From an uncultured Acidobacteriaceae bacterium (lineage in GTDB: Bacteria > Acidobacteriota > Terriglobia > Terriglobales > Acidobacteriaceae), in contig CAWAMG010000004.1 of NCBI GenBank assembly GCA_963783065.1, forward strand, positions 1,480,010-1,544,009: a DNA stretch of 64,000 nucleotides, written 5' to 3'. Within the stretch, counting starts at the first letter, position 1; each line of letters starts with the position of its first letter. The notes under the pieces were generated by a model that was not told the origin of the DNA, searched no databases, and saw nothing but the letters and a program-made list of their open reading frames with translations. Both the position numbers and the translations under genes were made by a program. Of this stretch, positions 9,581 to 20,317 are shown one piece after another.

Positions 9581-11836
9581 TCATTTCGAGACAGAGAGTC
9601 TCACGGGTCCCGTTTCGGTCCAGAGGAAGGTAAGCTCGTCGGCGTCGTCCTGCACCTCCTGGTCGACGCTCATACCGCCATTGTGGCCGCCGGCGACGCT
9701 GTAATGCAGCAGAATGGGGCGCCCGCTGGACGAGGCGGACTGCATGAGTGCAGTCATCTTGCGGGCGTGAAGCGGGTCGACCCTTGTATCGCTGTCACCG
9801 GTGAAAAACATCACCGCTGGATAAGCGGTGTTCGGCTTCACGTTCTGGTATGGCGAGTACTTAAGCAGAAAGGGGAACTGTTTCTCGTTCTCGGACGAAC
9901 CGTACTCCGTAGTCCAGAAGGACCCGACCAGGAACTTCTGGAAACGCAGCATGTCGAGAAGCGGATAGCCGCAGAGGACGGCGGAGAAGAGCTCCGGGCG
10001 TTGGGTGATGGACGCGCCCATCAGCAGGCCGCCGTTCGAAGCACCAAGGATGGCGAAGCGCGCCGGTGAGGTGTACTTGTTGGCAATCAGGTATTCGGCG
10101 GCTCCAAACCAGTCGTCAAATACGTTCTGCTTCCGCTCGAACATGCCCTGCTCGTGCCAGGTTTCGCCATACTCGCCGCCGCCGCGCAGATTGGGCAGGG
10201 CAAACCACCCGCCCTGCTCGAGCCACCATGCGGCAAGCGGATCCCAGGACGGGGTGTAGGCAACATCAAAACCACCGTAGCCCGTCATCAGCAGGCGCTC
10301 GGTGCCGTCGGTCCTCAGGCCCTTCTTGCCTGCGATGAACATGGGAATCTGCGTTCCGTCCTTTGACTTGAAAAAGACTTGCTTCAGCTCGTATTGGCTC
10401 GAGTCGAAAGGCGTCTTCGGCTGAAAGAAGGTGTCTCGCTTTCCGGTAACGGTATCGAGGCGGAAGATAGCTGGCGGCACAATGAAGGACGAGAAGTCGT
10501 AGAAGGCATAGCGATCGGTAGAGCGGCCGAAGATACCGGAGGTTGAGCCGATGCCACCATGGTCGACCTGGCCCAGGGGCTTCCCATCGAGAGAATAGAC
10601 GGCAGTCTCGGTATTCACGTCTTTCAGCCGGTCGACGTAGACCTTGCCACCGACGATGGACCAGTCGTTGATAACGTCGGCGCCCTCCGGAACAATCGTC
10701 TTCCAGGCCTCGGGCATGATGCCGGGGTCGGCACGCATCACTGTTCCTTTGGGGGCCTTGTAGTCGGTCTTCACATACCACCCGCCCTTGTAAGAGACCG
10801 CGCTGAAGCGGTTGTCGATTCCCCAGACGAGGACGTCAAAGGGAGAGGCTGGCTTCGCGAGATCCCGAAAGACGATGTCGACGCGGCTGGCTGGGACCCC
10901 GCGATCGATCTCGATGACAAGGTAGCGGCCGTCGTCGGAAACCTGAGGCGTGATGAGGTCGTCGGGTCCAAGGGGTTCGCCGCGGAACTCGTGGCCAAAG
11001 ATCAGTTGGTCCCGAGAGGTGCGGACGCCGAGCTGATGAAGATAAACCAGCGAGCCTTTGTTATCGTTGCGCGCGTAATAGAGGTTCTTACTGTCGGGTG
11101 CGAAGTTGACGGCGAAGTAGCGAGCCGTGGGCAGCTCATCCTCGAGGGTCTTTCCGGTCTTCACGTTGAAGATGTGGATCTCCGCCTCGTCTGCGCCGCC
11201 CTTCTGCACCTGGTAAGCGATGAGATTGCAATCGCGCGAGACGTCGTTGATCTGAATGGAAGTGTTGGGATCGCGGGTGAGCTTGGCCGGATCGATGAGC
11301 CGCTCGTCTTTGGCCGGGACTGCTGAGCCCGTCCAGTTGCGGCGCACGTAGATGGAGTATTGCTGTTCGCCCTCAAGCCGCTTGAGGAAGAACTCGCTAC
11401 CCCCGCAGGAGAAAGGGATTTGGGCGCTTGAAACATCGACGAGCGCAGTGAGGTCATCCACAACCTGGAGTCGAATCTTCGCCTGCTTCAGATAGTGGTC
11501 GGTATAAGCATTCTGCGCATCGATGAAGGCGCGGGTCTGAGTGCTCTTGGCGTCTTCGAGCCAGCGATAGCTGTCGGCGATCTTGATGCCGTAGTAGTTG
11601 TCGACCACGGGCGAGGCCTCAGTGGGCGGGGGGCTGGGCAGGACAATGCCGTCACGGCCATGAATGACCTGGGACGGGGCGGCTGCGGTAAAAAGAAACG
11701 CAAAGACTGGAAAGGCAGCAGCGAAACAACGTATGCGGCGCACGAGAAGGCTCCTTCGGCAAGGGTAACCGGAGAGACGGGAGTTTGCACCCAAGTTTGA
11801 CGATCCTGGTTGGCATTGGGGGTGGCTTTCGGCCAA
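9581..11836 (-). CDS. Prolyl oligopeptidase (S9A), secreted
   Basis: DSYRWLED N-terminal motif, beta-propeller region, catalytic GASNGG (Ser), DTRVDP (Asp), GGHNG (His). The true start is probably somewhat downstream of 11836. Confidence 0.92.
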   Translation of the reverse strand: MAESHPQCQPGSSNLGANSRLSGYPCRRSLLVRRIRCFAAAFPVFAFLFTAAAPSQVIHGRDGIVLPSPPPTEASPVVDNYYGIKIADSYRWLEDAKSTQTRAFIDAQNAYTDHYLKQAKIRLQVVDDLTALVDVSSAQIPFSCGGSEFFLKRLEGEQQYSIYVRRNWTGSAVPAKDERLIDPAKLTRDPNTSIQINDVSRDCNLIAYQVQKGGADEAEIHIFNVKTGKTLEDELPTARYFAVNFAPDSKNLYYARNDNKGSLVYLHQLGVRTSRDQLIFGHEFRGEPLGPDDLITPQVSDDGRYLVIEIDRGVPASRVDIVFRDLAKPASPFDVLVWGIDNRFSAVSYKGGWYVKTDYKAPKGTVMRADPGIMPEAWKTIVPEGADVINDWSIVGGKVYVDRLKDVNTETAVYSLDGKPLGQVDHGGIGSTSGIFGRSTDRYAFYDFSSFIVPPAIFRLDTVTGKRDTFFQPKTPFDSSQYELKQVFFKSKDGTQIPMFIAGKKGLRTDGTERLLMTGYGGFDVAYTPSWDPLAAWWLEQGGWFALPNLRGGGEYGETWHEQGMFERKQNVFDDWFGAAEYLIANKYTSPARFAILGASNGGLLMGASITQRPELFSAVLCGYPLLDMLRFQKFLVGSFWTTEYGSSENEKQFPFLLKYSPYQNVKPNTAYPAVMFFTGDSDTRVDPLHARKMTALMQSASSSGRPILLHYSVAGGHNGGMSVDQEVQDDADELTFLWTETGPVRLSVSK

Positions 11837-11908
11837 AGGCTGACGATCAGACAGGGCGGCGGCGTGCGATGCGAACCAGGAACCACAACCCCGATAGAAT
11901 CAACTGGA

Positions 11909-13555
11909 GTGGCTGAAACGACTCCAACCCAGGCAACAGCGAATCCAGACTCGCGTTGGGCGCGCGGACTTCGGATGCTGCGGCCATCCCACGCGCACAC
12001 GGCCTTCACGGCGACCGTGTTGCTGATGACGTCGACGTTTCTTTCGCGGATCATCGGGCTGGTGCGGGTGAAGTACATCATGTGGCTCTTCGGCAGCGGG
12101 ATGTCTGCCGACGCGCTCAACGCAGCCTTCGTGCTTCCGGACATGATCTCGTACTTCCTGGTGGGCGGTGCGGCCTCCATCACATTCGTCACCATTCTCA
12201 CTCGCTATCGCGAGCAGGGGCGCGAAGAAGAGGGCCACCGCTCGCTCTCGGTGATCTTGACGACGATGTACCTGGTTCTGGGCTCGGCCATCCTGGTGGC
12301 GGAGTTCTTTGTGCCGTGGTTCATTCACCGCTGGGAATATGGATTCGACGCGAACACGGCTGCTCTATGCGTCAAGCTGACGCGGATTCTGCTGCCGGCG
12401 CAGCTCTTCTTCTTTGCAGGCGGAGTGTTTGGCGCTGTGCAACTGGTGCGCAAGCAGTTCAGCGTGCAGGCGATGACGCCGCTGATCTATGGGTCAGGCA
12501 TGATTGTCGGCGGCCTGCTGCTGGTGAAGCAGATCGGCGTTTCGTCGTTGGCGATCGGCACAGTGGCCGGAGCGTTCTTCGGGCCGTTTTTGCTCAACGC
12601 CATTTATGCTCGGCGGGCCGGTGTTCGCTATCGTCCAATTCTCGACTTTCGCGACGAAGGCCTGCGCGAGTGGGTGCGGCTTTCGTTGCCACTGATCGTG
12701 GGTGTTTCGCTGGTGACCGCAGACAGTTGGATCATTGCGCACTTTGCTTCGGCGACCAAAGGCGCGGTTTCGCTGATGACCTATGCGAAGCAACTCTTCA
12801 GCGCGCCAATGTCGATACTTGCGCAGGGAGCCGGCGCGGCATCGATGCCGTTTTTCGCGAGCCTGTGGTCACAGCAGCGGCGATATGAATTTGCCACAGG
12901 CGTGGCGGACTCAGTTTCGCGCGTTGCTTCACTCGGAATTCTTGCGGCGTCGGGAATGGTTGCGCTCGCCCAACCTCTGGTGGAGTTGCTGTACCGGGGC
13001 GGGAAGTTTTCTGCGCAAGACTCCCATGAGTGCGCCACGTATTTCGCGGTTTTCTCTCTGGCAACGTTTTTGTGGTGCGCGCAGGCCATCTATGCGCGAG
13101 CTTTCTATGCGGCCGGCAACACCCTTGCGCCGATGGCAGCGGGGACCGTGATCACGCTGGTTTCGTGGCCGGTCTATGCCTCGCTCTACCACTGGCAGGG
13201 AGCCATGGGACTGGCATTGGCTTCGAACATCGGGATCGGTTTGCAGACGATTACGATTGCCCTGTTGCTGCACCAGCGACGGATGGTTTCGCTGGCGAGC
13301 CTGGATTACGCGGAGATGGGCCGCTGCCTGCTGGCTGCACTGGCCGCGGGCATGGCGGTGTGGGGCGCGGTCCTCGGCCTGCACGCGCTAACGGGGCCGG
13401 CAGGTGGAGTTCACCTTCGAATGGGAGTCCGCGAATTTGACGCGGCAGAACTGGTGGCCGGCTCGGCAGTGTGGACGCTGATCACACTCTTCGTGCTGCA
13501 GAAGACCGGGTCGGCTCTTCCGCGCGTGGCGATGAAGCGGCTGGGGCTGCGATAA
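11909..13555 (+). CDS. murJ: Lipid II flippase MurJ
   Basis: SRIIGLVR, ADALNAAFVLPDMISYFLVGGAASITFV, YARAFYAAGNTLAP, GLALA motifs; about 14 TM segments. Start set at GTG 11909 (uncertain). Confidence 0.88.
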   Translation: MAETTPTQATANPDSRWARGLRMLRPSHAHTAFTATVLLMTSTFLSRIIGLVRVKYIMWLFGSGMSADALNAAFVLPDMISYFLVGGAASITFVTILTRYREQGREEEGHRSLSVILTTMYLVLGSAILVAEFFVPWFIHRWEYGFDANTAALCVKLTRILLPAQLFFFAGGVFGAVQLVRKQFSVQAMTPLIYGSGMIVGGLLLVKQIGVSSLAIGTVAGAFFGPFLLNAIYARRAGVRYRPILDFRDEGLREWVRLSLPLIVGVSLVTADSWIIAHFASATKGAVSLMTYAKQLFSAPMSILAQGAGAASMPFFASLWSQQRRYEFATGVADSVSRVASLGILAASGMVALAQPLVELLYRGGKFSAQDSHECATYFAVFSLATFLWCAQAIYARAFYAAGNTLAPMAAGTVITLVSWPVYASLYHWQGAMGLALASNIGIGLQTITIALLLHQRRMVSLASLDYAEMGRCLLAALAAGMAVWGAVLGLHALTGPAGGVHLRMGVREFDAAELVAGSAVWTLITLFVLQKTGSALPRVAMKRLGLR

Positions 13556-13695
13556 GAGCAGAAAAGCCGGGGCCGGCACAGACGCGCATCGGCACGAGCG
13601 CAACTCTGCCCAGTGCTCAACTCGAACCGGCTCGACCTCCAAAGCACGGAGCCACCCGGCGTTGCGGGCCCTTCCGCGCAGTCGCGATTTGTGCT

Positions 13696-14214
13696 CTAAA
13701 TCAACTTGGGCTGCTCGGCAGGCGCCGATGCAGGCGCTGAAACCGTCACCGGGGGTGTCGAATTTGGGGCCTTGGTTTCCGGCTTGCGAATGTCGATGCC
13801 TCCCTTGAAGAATGCGCCGTCCTCAATGCTGATGCGGGCCGCGGCCACGTCGCCCGTGAGCGCACCTTCGGCTCGGATGTCGACGCGATCGGTAGCGGAG
13901 ATGTTACCGCGAACCTTGCCAAGCACCACGATCTCGCGGGCCGTGATACTCGCGGATACCTGCCCATTACGGCCAACGGTGACGCGGTTGCCGGGAAGAT
14001 TGACACTGCCCTCGACTTTGCCATCGATAAAAAGCGACTCGGAGCCGTTGATCTCACCCTTGATGTAGAGGCCCTTGCCAATGGTGGCCTGCTCGTTGGT
14101 GACTGCGGGGGCCGGGCGCCCTGGCGCCTCAAAGACTGGAGCCGGGGTGGAAGGGCGTGCGGGCTCCGGGGTAGAGTTGGGGGCGGTAGGTCCGGTTTGA
14201 TTGGGTTTCCACAT
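13696..14214 (-). CDS. Bactofilin (polymer-forming cytoskeletal protein)
   Basis: ATIGKGLYIKGEI...IDGKVEG...VTVGRNGQV...GKVRGNI...ISIEDGAFFKG beta-solenoid flanked by Pro-rich tails. Confidence 0.9.
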   Translation of the reverse strand: MWKPNQTGPTAPNSTPEPARPSTPAPVFEAPGRPAPAVTNEQATIGKGLYIKGEINGSESLFIDGKVEGSVNLPGNRVTVGRNGQVSASITAREIVVLGKVRGNISATDRVDIRAEGALTGDVAAARISIEDGAFFKGGIDIRKPETKAPNSTPPVTVSAPASAPAEQPKLI

Positions 14215-14574
14215 TGCGCTCACGATGTATCCTTTTCTGTCCTTCGGGGGACTAGGCTGAAAGACGACCGACCTGCCTTCAACCCGAAATCTCTAAAATT
14301 GCGAATTGCCGCGACTTGATTGCGGATTGCAGACCACAATTCGACTCGGCGAGGAGATCTTACCGAACCCGCCGGGGCAATCCGATGGGGCTATTTTAGA
14401 CCTGCTCGGTAGGAGAAGACGAACCGGCCGGAAATCAGCCAAGAGCGGTAGCCAACTCTGACAACAGGGCGACGCTTGTTTCAAAGCGAATCAGCAAAAA
14501 CCGCTCAGCGTCTGGTTCCAGAGCAATCGCCCATGCGAGGCGGCGTAAGAGCAAACACGCTGTACCCTTGAGCT

Positions 14575-17225
14575 ATGACCGATCAGGAATTAATTGCAAA
14601 AATTGCCCGCTCGGCGGGCCAGAAGGGCGGATACAAGCAGTTGGTGCGCGAGCTGAGCCTGGGCGGCGGGCGCGAGCGGCGTCTGCTGCTGGAGCAGCTG
14701 GCCCGGCTGACTTCGCGTGGCGCACTGGTGAAGCTCGACCGCGAGCACTGGGGGATTCCGAGGACCGCTGCGGGGACGCGCGACAACCTGGCTGCCGGCC
14801 GGCTCGATCTGCATCGGGACGGTTACGGGTTTGTGCGGCCAAATGCGCGCCAGGCCGTGGGGTCGGACGACATCTTCATTCCGCCGAACGAGATCAACGG
14901 CGCGATGCAGGGCGATCAGGTGCTGGTTGAAGTGGAACCGCCCAAAGCCGATGGCCGCAGGATGGGCCGGATCGTGCGCATCATGGAGCGCCGCAACGCC
15001 ACGGTGGTGGGCACATTCCGCTATGCCCGTTCGGAGCGCGCGCAGGGCAACACCGTTCTTCCCTTCGATGAACGGATGACCCAGCCAATTCTGATTCCGC
15101 CCGGCGCGGAAGTGCCGCCTGACACCGAGAGTGCGACACCGCACCGGGTGCTGGGAGCTGAAGCTGCGAGGAGCGCGGGCTACGACGATCCCCAAGGCAC
15201 AAGTCTTGAGGGCCTGATTGTGGATGTGGAGATCACCAGCTGGCCGACGCCGACCCGCCCGCCCATTGGCCGCGTGATCGAAGTGCTGGGCGATCCCGAT
15301 GATTTTGGCGTTGATGTGGAGATGATGATCCGCAAGCACCAGCTTCCGCGGGCGTTTCCAGACAATGTTCTCGCCGAGGCGCGGGCCGTGGCGCATCTCG
15401 ATCTGGCCGAAGTTCAATGCAGGCGCGACTTTCGCGACCTTCCCATTGTCACCATCGACGGCGAAACGGCGCGCGACTTTGACGATGCCGTGCTGTTGAC
15501 CGAATGCGGCGACGGGTACGAACTGCAGGTTCACATTGCCGACGTTGCCGAGTATGTGCGCGAGGGAACGGATCTCGATCTGGAAGCGCGGCTACGCGGA
15601 ACGAGCGTCTATTTCCCTGATCGCGCCATTCCGATGCTGCCGCAGGAACTCTCGACAGACATTTGCAGCCTGCGGCCCGGCGAAGACCGCCTGGTGCTGA
15701 GCTGCATCATGCAGCTTGACGCCGCAGGACGCATCGAGAGCTACGAAATCGTCGAAGGGCGTGATCCGTTCGGCGGCGCGGATGACCTACACCGAAGTCC
15801 ACGCGATACTCGAGGGCGACCTCGAGGTTCGCGCGCGCTACGTCGAGCTCGTGCCGAACTTCGAGCGTATGCGGAAGCTGGCCGGGCTGATGAATCATAG
15901 GCGCGAGGAGCGCGGCAGCATCGACTTCGACCTGCCGGAGCCGGTCATCGAATTTGACGATCAGGGCCAGATGCGGGGCGTGACCCGGGCCGAGCGAACG
16001 TGGGCGAACCGGCTCATCGAGGAGTTCATGCTGGCGGCAAACGAGTGCGTCGCCACTTGGCTTGAGGACCTGGGTGTGCCGTCGATCTATCGAATCCACG
16101 AGAAGCCTGAGGCGCGCCGTGTTGTCCAGTTCGAGGAGCTGGCAGCATCCTTTGGCTACTCGCTCGGGCTGGGCGCGCTGCCCGGTCAAGCGCATCCAGA
16201 CTCGGGGCGACCGGCGCGACGCACAGCGCTCGGGCCGCAACGTAAAAACGCACGAAGTGGCCGAGGACATTGCCGTAACGCCGCGCATGTATCAGAAGCT
16301 GGCCAAGAGGATCGAAGGCAAGCCCGAGGAGCGAATCCTGAGCTACCTGATGCTGCGCTCGCTCAAACAGGCGCGCTACTCCGAAATCAACGAGGGCCAC
16401 TTTGCGCTGGCAGCGCCCACCTACACGCACTTCACTTCCCCGATCCGCCGTTATCCTGATTTGATCGTTCATCGGATCACGAAAGCGCTGTTGAGTGCCG
16501 GCGTGCGTGGCGATGGCGAGGTTGCGCACGGGAGGCATGCGTCGCCATGGACGCATCCGAACGAGGGGTTGGGCGGCATCGTGATCCATCGAAGCAAATC
16601 GCCTAACCAGCCGTATGCATATCAGGGCGAGCCGCCCATCCCTGAGGCAGAGCTTGCGCAGATTGCCGAGGAGACGAGCCTCACCGAGCGCCGGGCGGCC
16701 GAGGCTGAGCGGGAACTGGTGGAGTGGAAGAAAGTGAAGTTCATGGAGGACCGCGTAGGCGAGGAGTTTGCCGCGCTGGTTCTGAATCCGGCAAAATTCG
16801 GGTTATTTGTGGAGCTGACGGACCTGTTCGTCGAGGGCCTGGTCCCAATCGACTCTCTGCGCGACGATCGCTACACCTGGCGCGAGAACACGCACGAGAT
16901 CATCGGCGAGCGCACGGGCCGGCGATTCCGGGCTGGGGATCGCGTGCAGGTCGTTCTCGATCGCATCCTGGCGCAGGAACGCAGGCTGCAGTTCTCACTG
17001 GTGGAAGAGGGGATTCCGCTCACCGGCAAGCCCGCGGGGAATGCCCCCCGCAAGCCGAAAAAGAGAAAAGCAAAGCACCAAATCCGCGCCGAAAAGCAAG
17101 AAGCATTCCCATCGAAAAGGCAGACGGCGCTAAGGCCCCCAAAGCCAGAGCGCCGCTGTGTGAAACTACCGGGGAGATTCAAGCGGATTAGGCGCCGGCC
17201 TGCTTTGCCGCCAGGTCTCCAATGA
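14575..17225 (+). CDS. rnr: Ribonuclease R, split by two +1 frameshifts (~15758 and ~16182)
   Basis: Three consecutive track ORFs carry HRDGYGFV (CSD), TIDGETARDFDDA (RNB catalytic), YTHFTSPIRRYPDL and an S1 domain. Removing one G from gaaGGGcgtg and one C from ctgCCCggtc restores one frame. Confidence 0.9.
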
Positions 17226-17523
17226 ATGGCAGCTTAAAGCGCTCACCCTTGAGCGCTTTGAGGATGCACATGATCCAGCCGATAAAGAGCGCGATCGCGC
17301 CAACGGCAAAGACGATCCATCCGAGGATGGGAATGACGGCGATGATGCAAAGGGCAAACCAGCCAATGCTCAGAAAGATGCATTGCCAGGCGTGGAAACG
17401 GATGTAGGAGTTCTGGTTGTACGGAGCGGCGACCAGGAAAACAATCGCCGGGATGATGGTGACGTAGGCAAGAGCGCCCGCGGTGTTGTCATTCAGTCCG
17501 GATTGCACGGTATCGTCAGGCAC
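17188..17523 (-). CDS. DUF4870-like small membrane protein, copy 3
   Basis: NTAGALAYVTIIPAIVFL...IRFHAWQCIFL...KLPFIGDLAAKQAGA; three TM segments. Confidence 0.8.
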   Translation of the reverse strand: MPDDTVQSGLNDNTAGALAYVTIIPAIVFLVAAPYNQNSYIRFHAWQCIFLSIGWFALCIIAVIPILGWIVFAVGAIALFIGWIMCILKALKGERFKLPFIGDLAAKQAGA

Positions 17524-17638
17524 GGCAACTCCTTTTAAGTCGAGGCTGGGTTGTACGACCGGGTTTTGTGCTCTCGGCGCCGGCTTAACGGGGATTGGGA
17601 AGCGCCGGCGATGGGGCTTGAACCGAGAGCGTGTGTCT

Positions 17639-17688
17639 GGAACAAGATAAGAAGAACGATGAGATGTCGGGTTGTCAAGAAAGAATTG
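17639..17688 (-). promoter_or_regulatory. Conserved 50-bp upstream element containing TTGACA, copy A
   Basis: Near-identical to 18258-18307 (19 + 13 + 6 identical bases around an 11-nt variable gap); 116 nt upstream of the 17523 start. Confidence 0.6.
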
Positions 17689-17772
17689 TAAAAAGGGCGT
17701 AAAAGACCGGCGGGCAAGGCAGGAGCTGAGCGGACCTCAGGCGGGGCCGCTCGTCTGGTTGCGCGAGGCTGA

Positions 17773-18120
17773 TTACGCGCCAGCCTGCTTTGCCGCCAGA
17801 TCGCTGAGCAACGGAATGTTGATCCGCTTGCCGTTGAAGGCGTTGATCATCAGGATCAGCCAGAGGATGAAGAAACCAAGGGTGATCAGCATGGAGATCA
17901 ACAAACCGATAAATGGAATAAACGCCAGCACGATACGCAGGAACATCGCGGCAATGGCTGCGATGGTTAGGAAGATCGACTGCCAGGAGTGGAAACGGAC
18001 GTTGGCATTCTGGTTGTAGGGGGCGGTTACCAGAAAGATGATGGCCGGGATGAAGGTCAGATACGCCAAGCCACAGGTGGCGTTTTCGTTCATGCCGGTT
18101 TGAGGGGCTGCATCGCTCAT
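17773..18120 (-). CDS. DUF4870-like small membrane protein, copy 2
   Basis: NATCGLAYLTFIPAIIFL...VRFHSWQSIFL...NIPLLSDLAAKQAGA; GGAG RBS. Confidence 0.8.
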   Translation of the reverse strand: MSDAAPQTGMNENATCGLAYLTFIPAIIFLVTAPYNQNANVRFHSWQSIFLTIAAIAAMFLRIVLAFIPFIGLLISMLITLGFFILWLILMINAFNGKRINIPLLSDLAAKQAGA

Positions 18121-18257
18121 CGGAGCTCCTTTTCTTCAGATCGACGGGTTGAAGAAGCGTCTGCCCGGGGGATCGCGCGGACGCGGTTAGGTTCGGCTGA
18201 TGGGGCAACTTCGCTGGGCTGTCCCGGCGAGGGAAATACGACGTTTAGGGCTGAACC

Positions 18258-18307
18258 GGAACAAGATAAGAAGAACCATCGCCAGTTGGGTTGTCAAGAA
18301 GGAATTG
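18258..18307 (-). promoter_or_regulatory. Conserved 50-bp upstream element containing TTGACA, copy B
   Basis: Second copy of the element, 138 nt upstream of the 18120 start. Confidence 0.6.
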
Positions 18308-18456
18308 CAGACAGGGCGAAGGAATTGCGGAAAAGGGCGAGAAATGGGGGTCGGGGACAGTTGGAGCAGAGCGGCCGCCGGGCGGGGCCGCTCGTCAGGA
18401 AAGCGTGAGGCTGCAAGCGCTTGATTACGGTCCGAAACCCGCGGAACCGGGCCAGC

Positions 18457-18837
18457 TTACCTGTTGGCCAGACGGTCGGCGATAGGCCCGATAACAGGCA
18501 GTTTGAAGTACTTACCGTTCAGAGCGGCCACCGCGCAAAGGACGCAGGCAATGATCCAGGCCATCCAGAAGAGGGGGGCTACGACTCCGGCGCGAAGCAG
18601 GCCGAAGACCATCCCGAAGATCATTACAAAGGAAATGGCGACCGAAAAAATGAGCCACGCGATGAACAGAAAGATGGACTGTAACGCGTGGAACCGGATA
18701 TACGGCTTGGTCTTGTAGGGGTCGATCATCAGCAGGATGATCGCCGGAAGCGGGGAGACGTAGGCTATTCCACCGGCGCCGTTGTCAGTGATTCCAGACT
18801 GAATCGATTCGGACATGATGGTTCCTTTCGAAATCAA
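18457..18837 (-). CDS. DUF4870-like small membrane protein, copy 1
   Basis: NGAGGIAYVSPLPAIILL...IRFHALQSIFL...FKLPVIGPIADRLA. Confidence 0.8.
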   Translation of the reverse strand: MISKGTIMSESIQSGITDNGAGGIAYVSPLPAIILLMIDPYKTKPYIRFHALQSIFLFIAWLIFSVAISFVMIFGMVFGLLRAGVVAPLFWMAWIIACVLCAVAALNGKYFKLPVIGPIADRLANR

Positions 18838-19088
18838 GATGGGTGAGCGGAATCGCGGGCGGTCAACTTCGAACCCAACTCAGCGCGACTCGGTGCTCAA
18901 CTCAACTCAGGGCAAGTGCGTGCCCACAATCAATGGGCCTTGCTTGGGTTACATCAAGGAAACCCTCGATCGAATTCGCTGTCAAGGTGTATCCGTGCTA
19001 TGGAACCTGCTACGGAAGGTGCATTGACAATGGCCTGAAATGACCATGGGGCTGCTTGCGCCGTTCAGGCAATCCGCGTGAACAGGCT

Positions 19089-19781
19089 CTAGAAGAGGCG
19101 GTCGGGAGTGGCCTGAGCGAGCAGCTCCGGATCGTTGTTCCGCACATTTCCCACACGTTGGCTCACCTGCCATGCCTGCATCTTCTCGGCGGGGTACGGG
19201 CGCAGCAGGTCGATGGGCGGGCGGGCCGGGTCACCGGGATCGAGCCACCGCTCATGGTCCCGCGGCTCGAGAATCACCGGCATACGGTTGTGAATCGACT
19301 GCATCAGCTCATTGGGGTCGGTGGTGAGGATGGTGAAGCTCTCAAGTGGCGGACCCTCCTGCGGCTTCCAGCTCTCCCACAAGCCGGCCAGGGCGTAGGG
19401 CTCTCCGCTCTTAAGGCCGATCCCATACGGCTGCTTGTTCTTCTGGTCGATGCGCTGCCACTCGTAGAAAGCGTCCGCAGGTACCAGGCAGCGGCGCTTC
19501 TTCAGCGCCTCGCGATAGGCTGGCTTCGACGGGGCCTCCTCAGCGCGGGCGTTGAATGTCGAATATCCGAACTTGGGGTCCTTCGCCCAGAAAGGCACCA
19601 GGCCCCAGCGCATCAGGGCAAACTCGCGGTTGCCGGAGTCGCGGTTGAGTCGAACCACGGGCTGCGTGCTCTGCGGAGCGGCGTTGAAGGTGGGCGCGAA
19701 CCACGGCATATCCTCCAGTTCCACGCCAAACCAGTCAGCGAGAACCTCCTGCGTCGATCGACGGGCAAACCGGCCGCACAT
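19089..19781 (-). CDS. SOS response-associated peptidase (SRAP/HMCES, abasic-site protection)
   Basis: The true N-terminus is MCGRF with the catalytic Cys2 (ATG 19781); RWGLVPFW, FNARAE, RRCLVPADAFYEW, HNRMPVIL. Confidence 0.93.
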   Translation of the reverse strand: MCGRFARRSTQEVLADWFGVELEDMPWFAPTFNAAPQSTQPVVRLNRDSGNREFALMRWGLVPFWAKDPKFGYSTFNARAEEAPSKPAYREALKKRRCLVPADAFYEWQRIDQKNKQPYGIGLKSGEPYALAGLWESWKPQEGPPLESFTILTTDPNELMQSIHNRMPVILEPRDHERWLDPGDPARPPIDLLRPYPAEKMQAWQVSQRVGNVRNNDPELLAQATPDRLF

Positions 19782-19903
19782 ACTCAGCCAGAATACCCCG
19801 CGCCCGGCGCAACCGGCCAAACGCACTCGCCAAGAGTCCGGGGCAGTCCCTGCTTCATCCAATACAATGAGGCTTGGAACAACAGTTTGGGAGAGCACTG
19901 CGC

Positions 19904-20176
19904 ATGGCACACATGGTTTTTTGCGTTCGCAACAAGAAGGAGATGGAGGGCCTGGACGAGCCGCCCTTCGACTCGGAGTTTGGCCAGAAGATCTACAAGA
20001 ATGTTTCGAAGGCTGCGTGGGGAGAGTGGATCGACCGGCAAAAGATGCTGCTGAATGAGTACCGGCTGCAGCCGTGGACGCCGCAGGCGCAGCAATTCCT
20101 TGTGGAGCAGATGGAGGAGTTCTTCTTCGGAACCGGCTCCGCGCTGCCCAGCGAGTTCGTACCGCCCACGCACTAG
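19904..20176 (+). CDS. yggX: Oxidative damage protection / Fe(II) trafficking protein YggX
   Basis: MAHMVFC with the conserved Cys, GQKIYKNVSKAAWGEW, QKMLLNEYRL, FLVEQMEEFFF. Confidence 0.9.
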   Translation: MAHMVFCVRNKKEMEGLDEPPFDSEFGQKIYKNVSKAAWGEWIDRQKMLLNEYRLQPWTPQAQQFLVEQMEEFFFGTGSALPSEFVPPTH

Positions 20177-20204
20177 AGATGGCCTCACCAATGGCTTTGT
20201 GAAA

Positions 20205-20265
20205 GGGCGCGACTTTAGTCGTGCCGAAAAGGCTGCAAAAAATCGCTGGGCTTTAGCCCCGGAGG
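20205..20265. repeat. REP-like family A copy (intergenic)
   Basis: gggcgcgactttagtcgtgccg...gggctttagccccgg; two hairpins; matches copies at 30672, 39228, 53389 and 59384. Confidence 0.8.
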
Positions 20266-20317
20266 GACCGCTTGGCGGCGCAGGAGCATTCATGAGACGG
20301 CCCCCGTTTCGTTTGCC

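Noticed and set aside
15750-16190. Programmed ribosomal frameshifting in rnr (and purE)
   Set aside because: No slippery heptamer or stimulatory structure; similar single-base indels occur in many unrelated genes, which fits sequence error.
17639-17657. LexA box in the DUF4870 upstream element
   Set aside because: The GAAC repeats are 10 nt apart, whereas the reported Acidobacterium LexA box has a 7-nt spacer.
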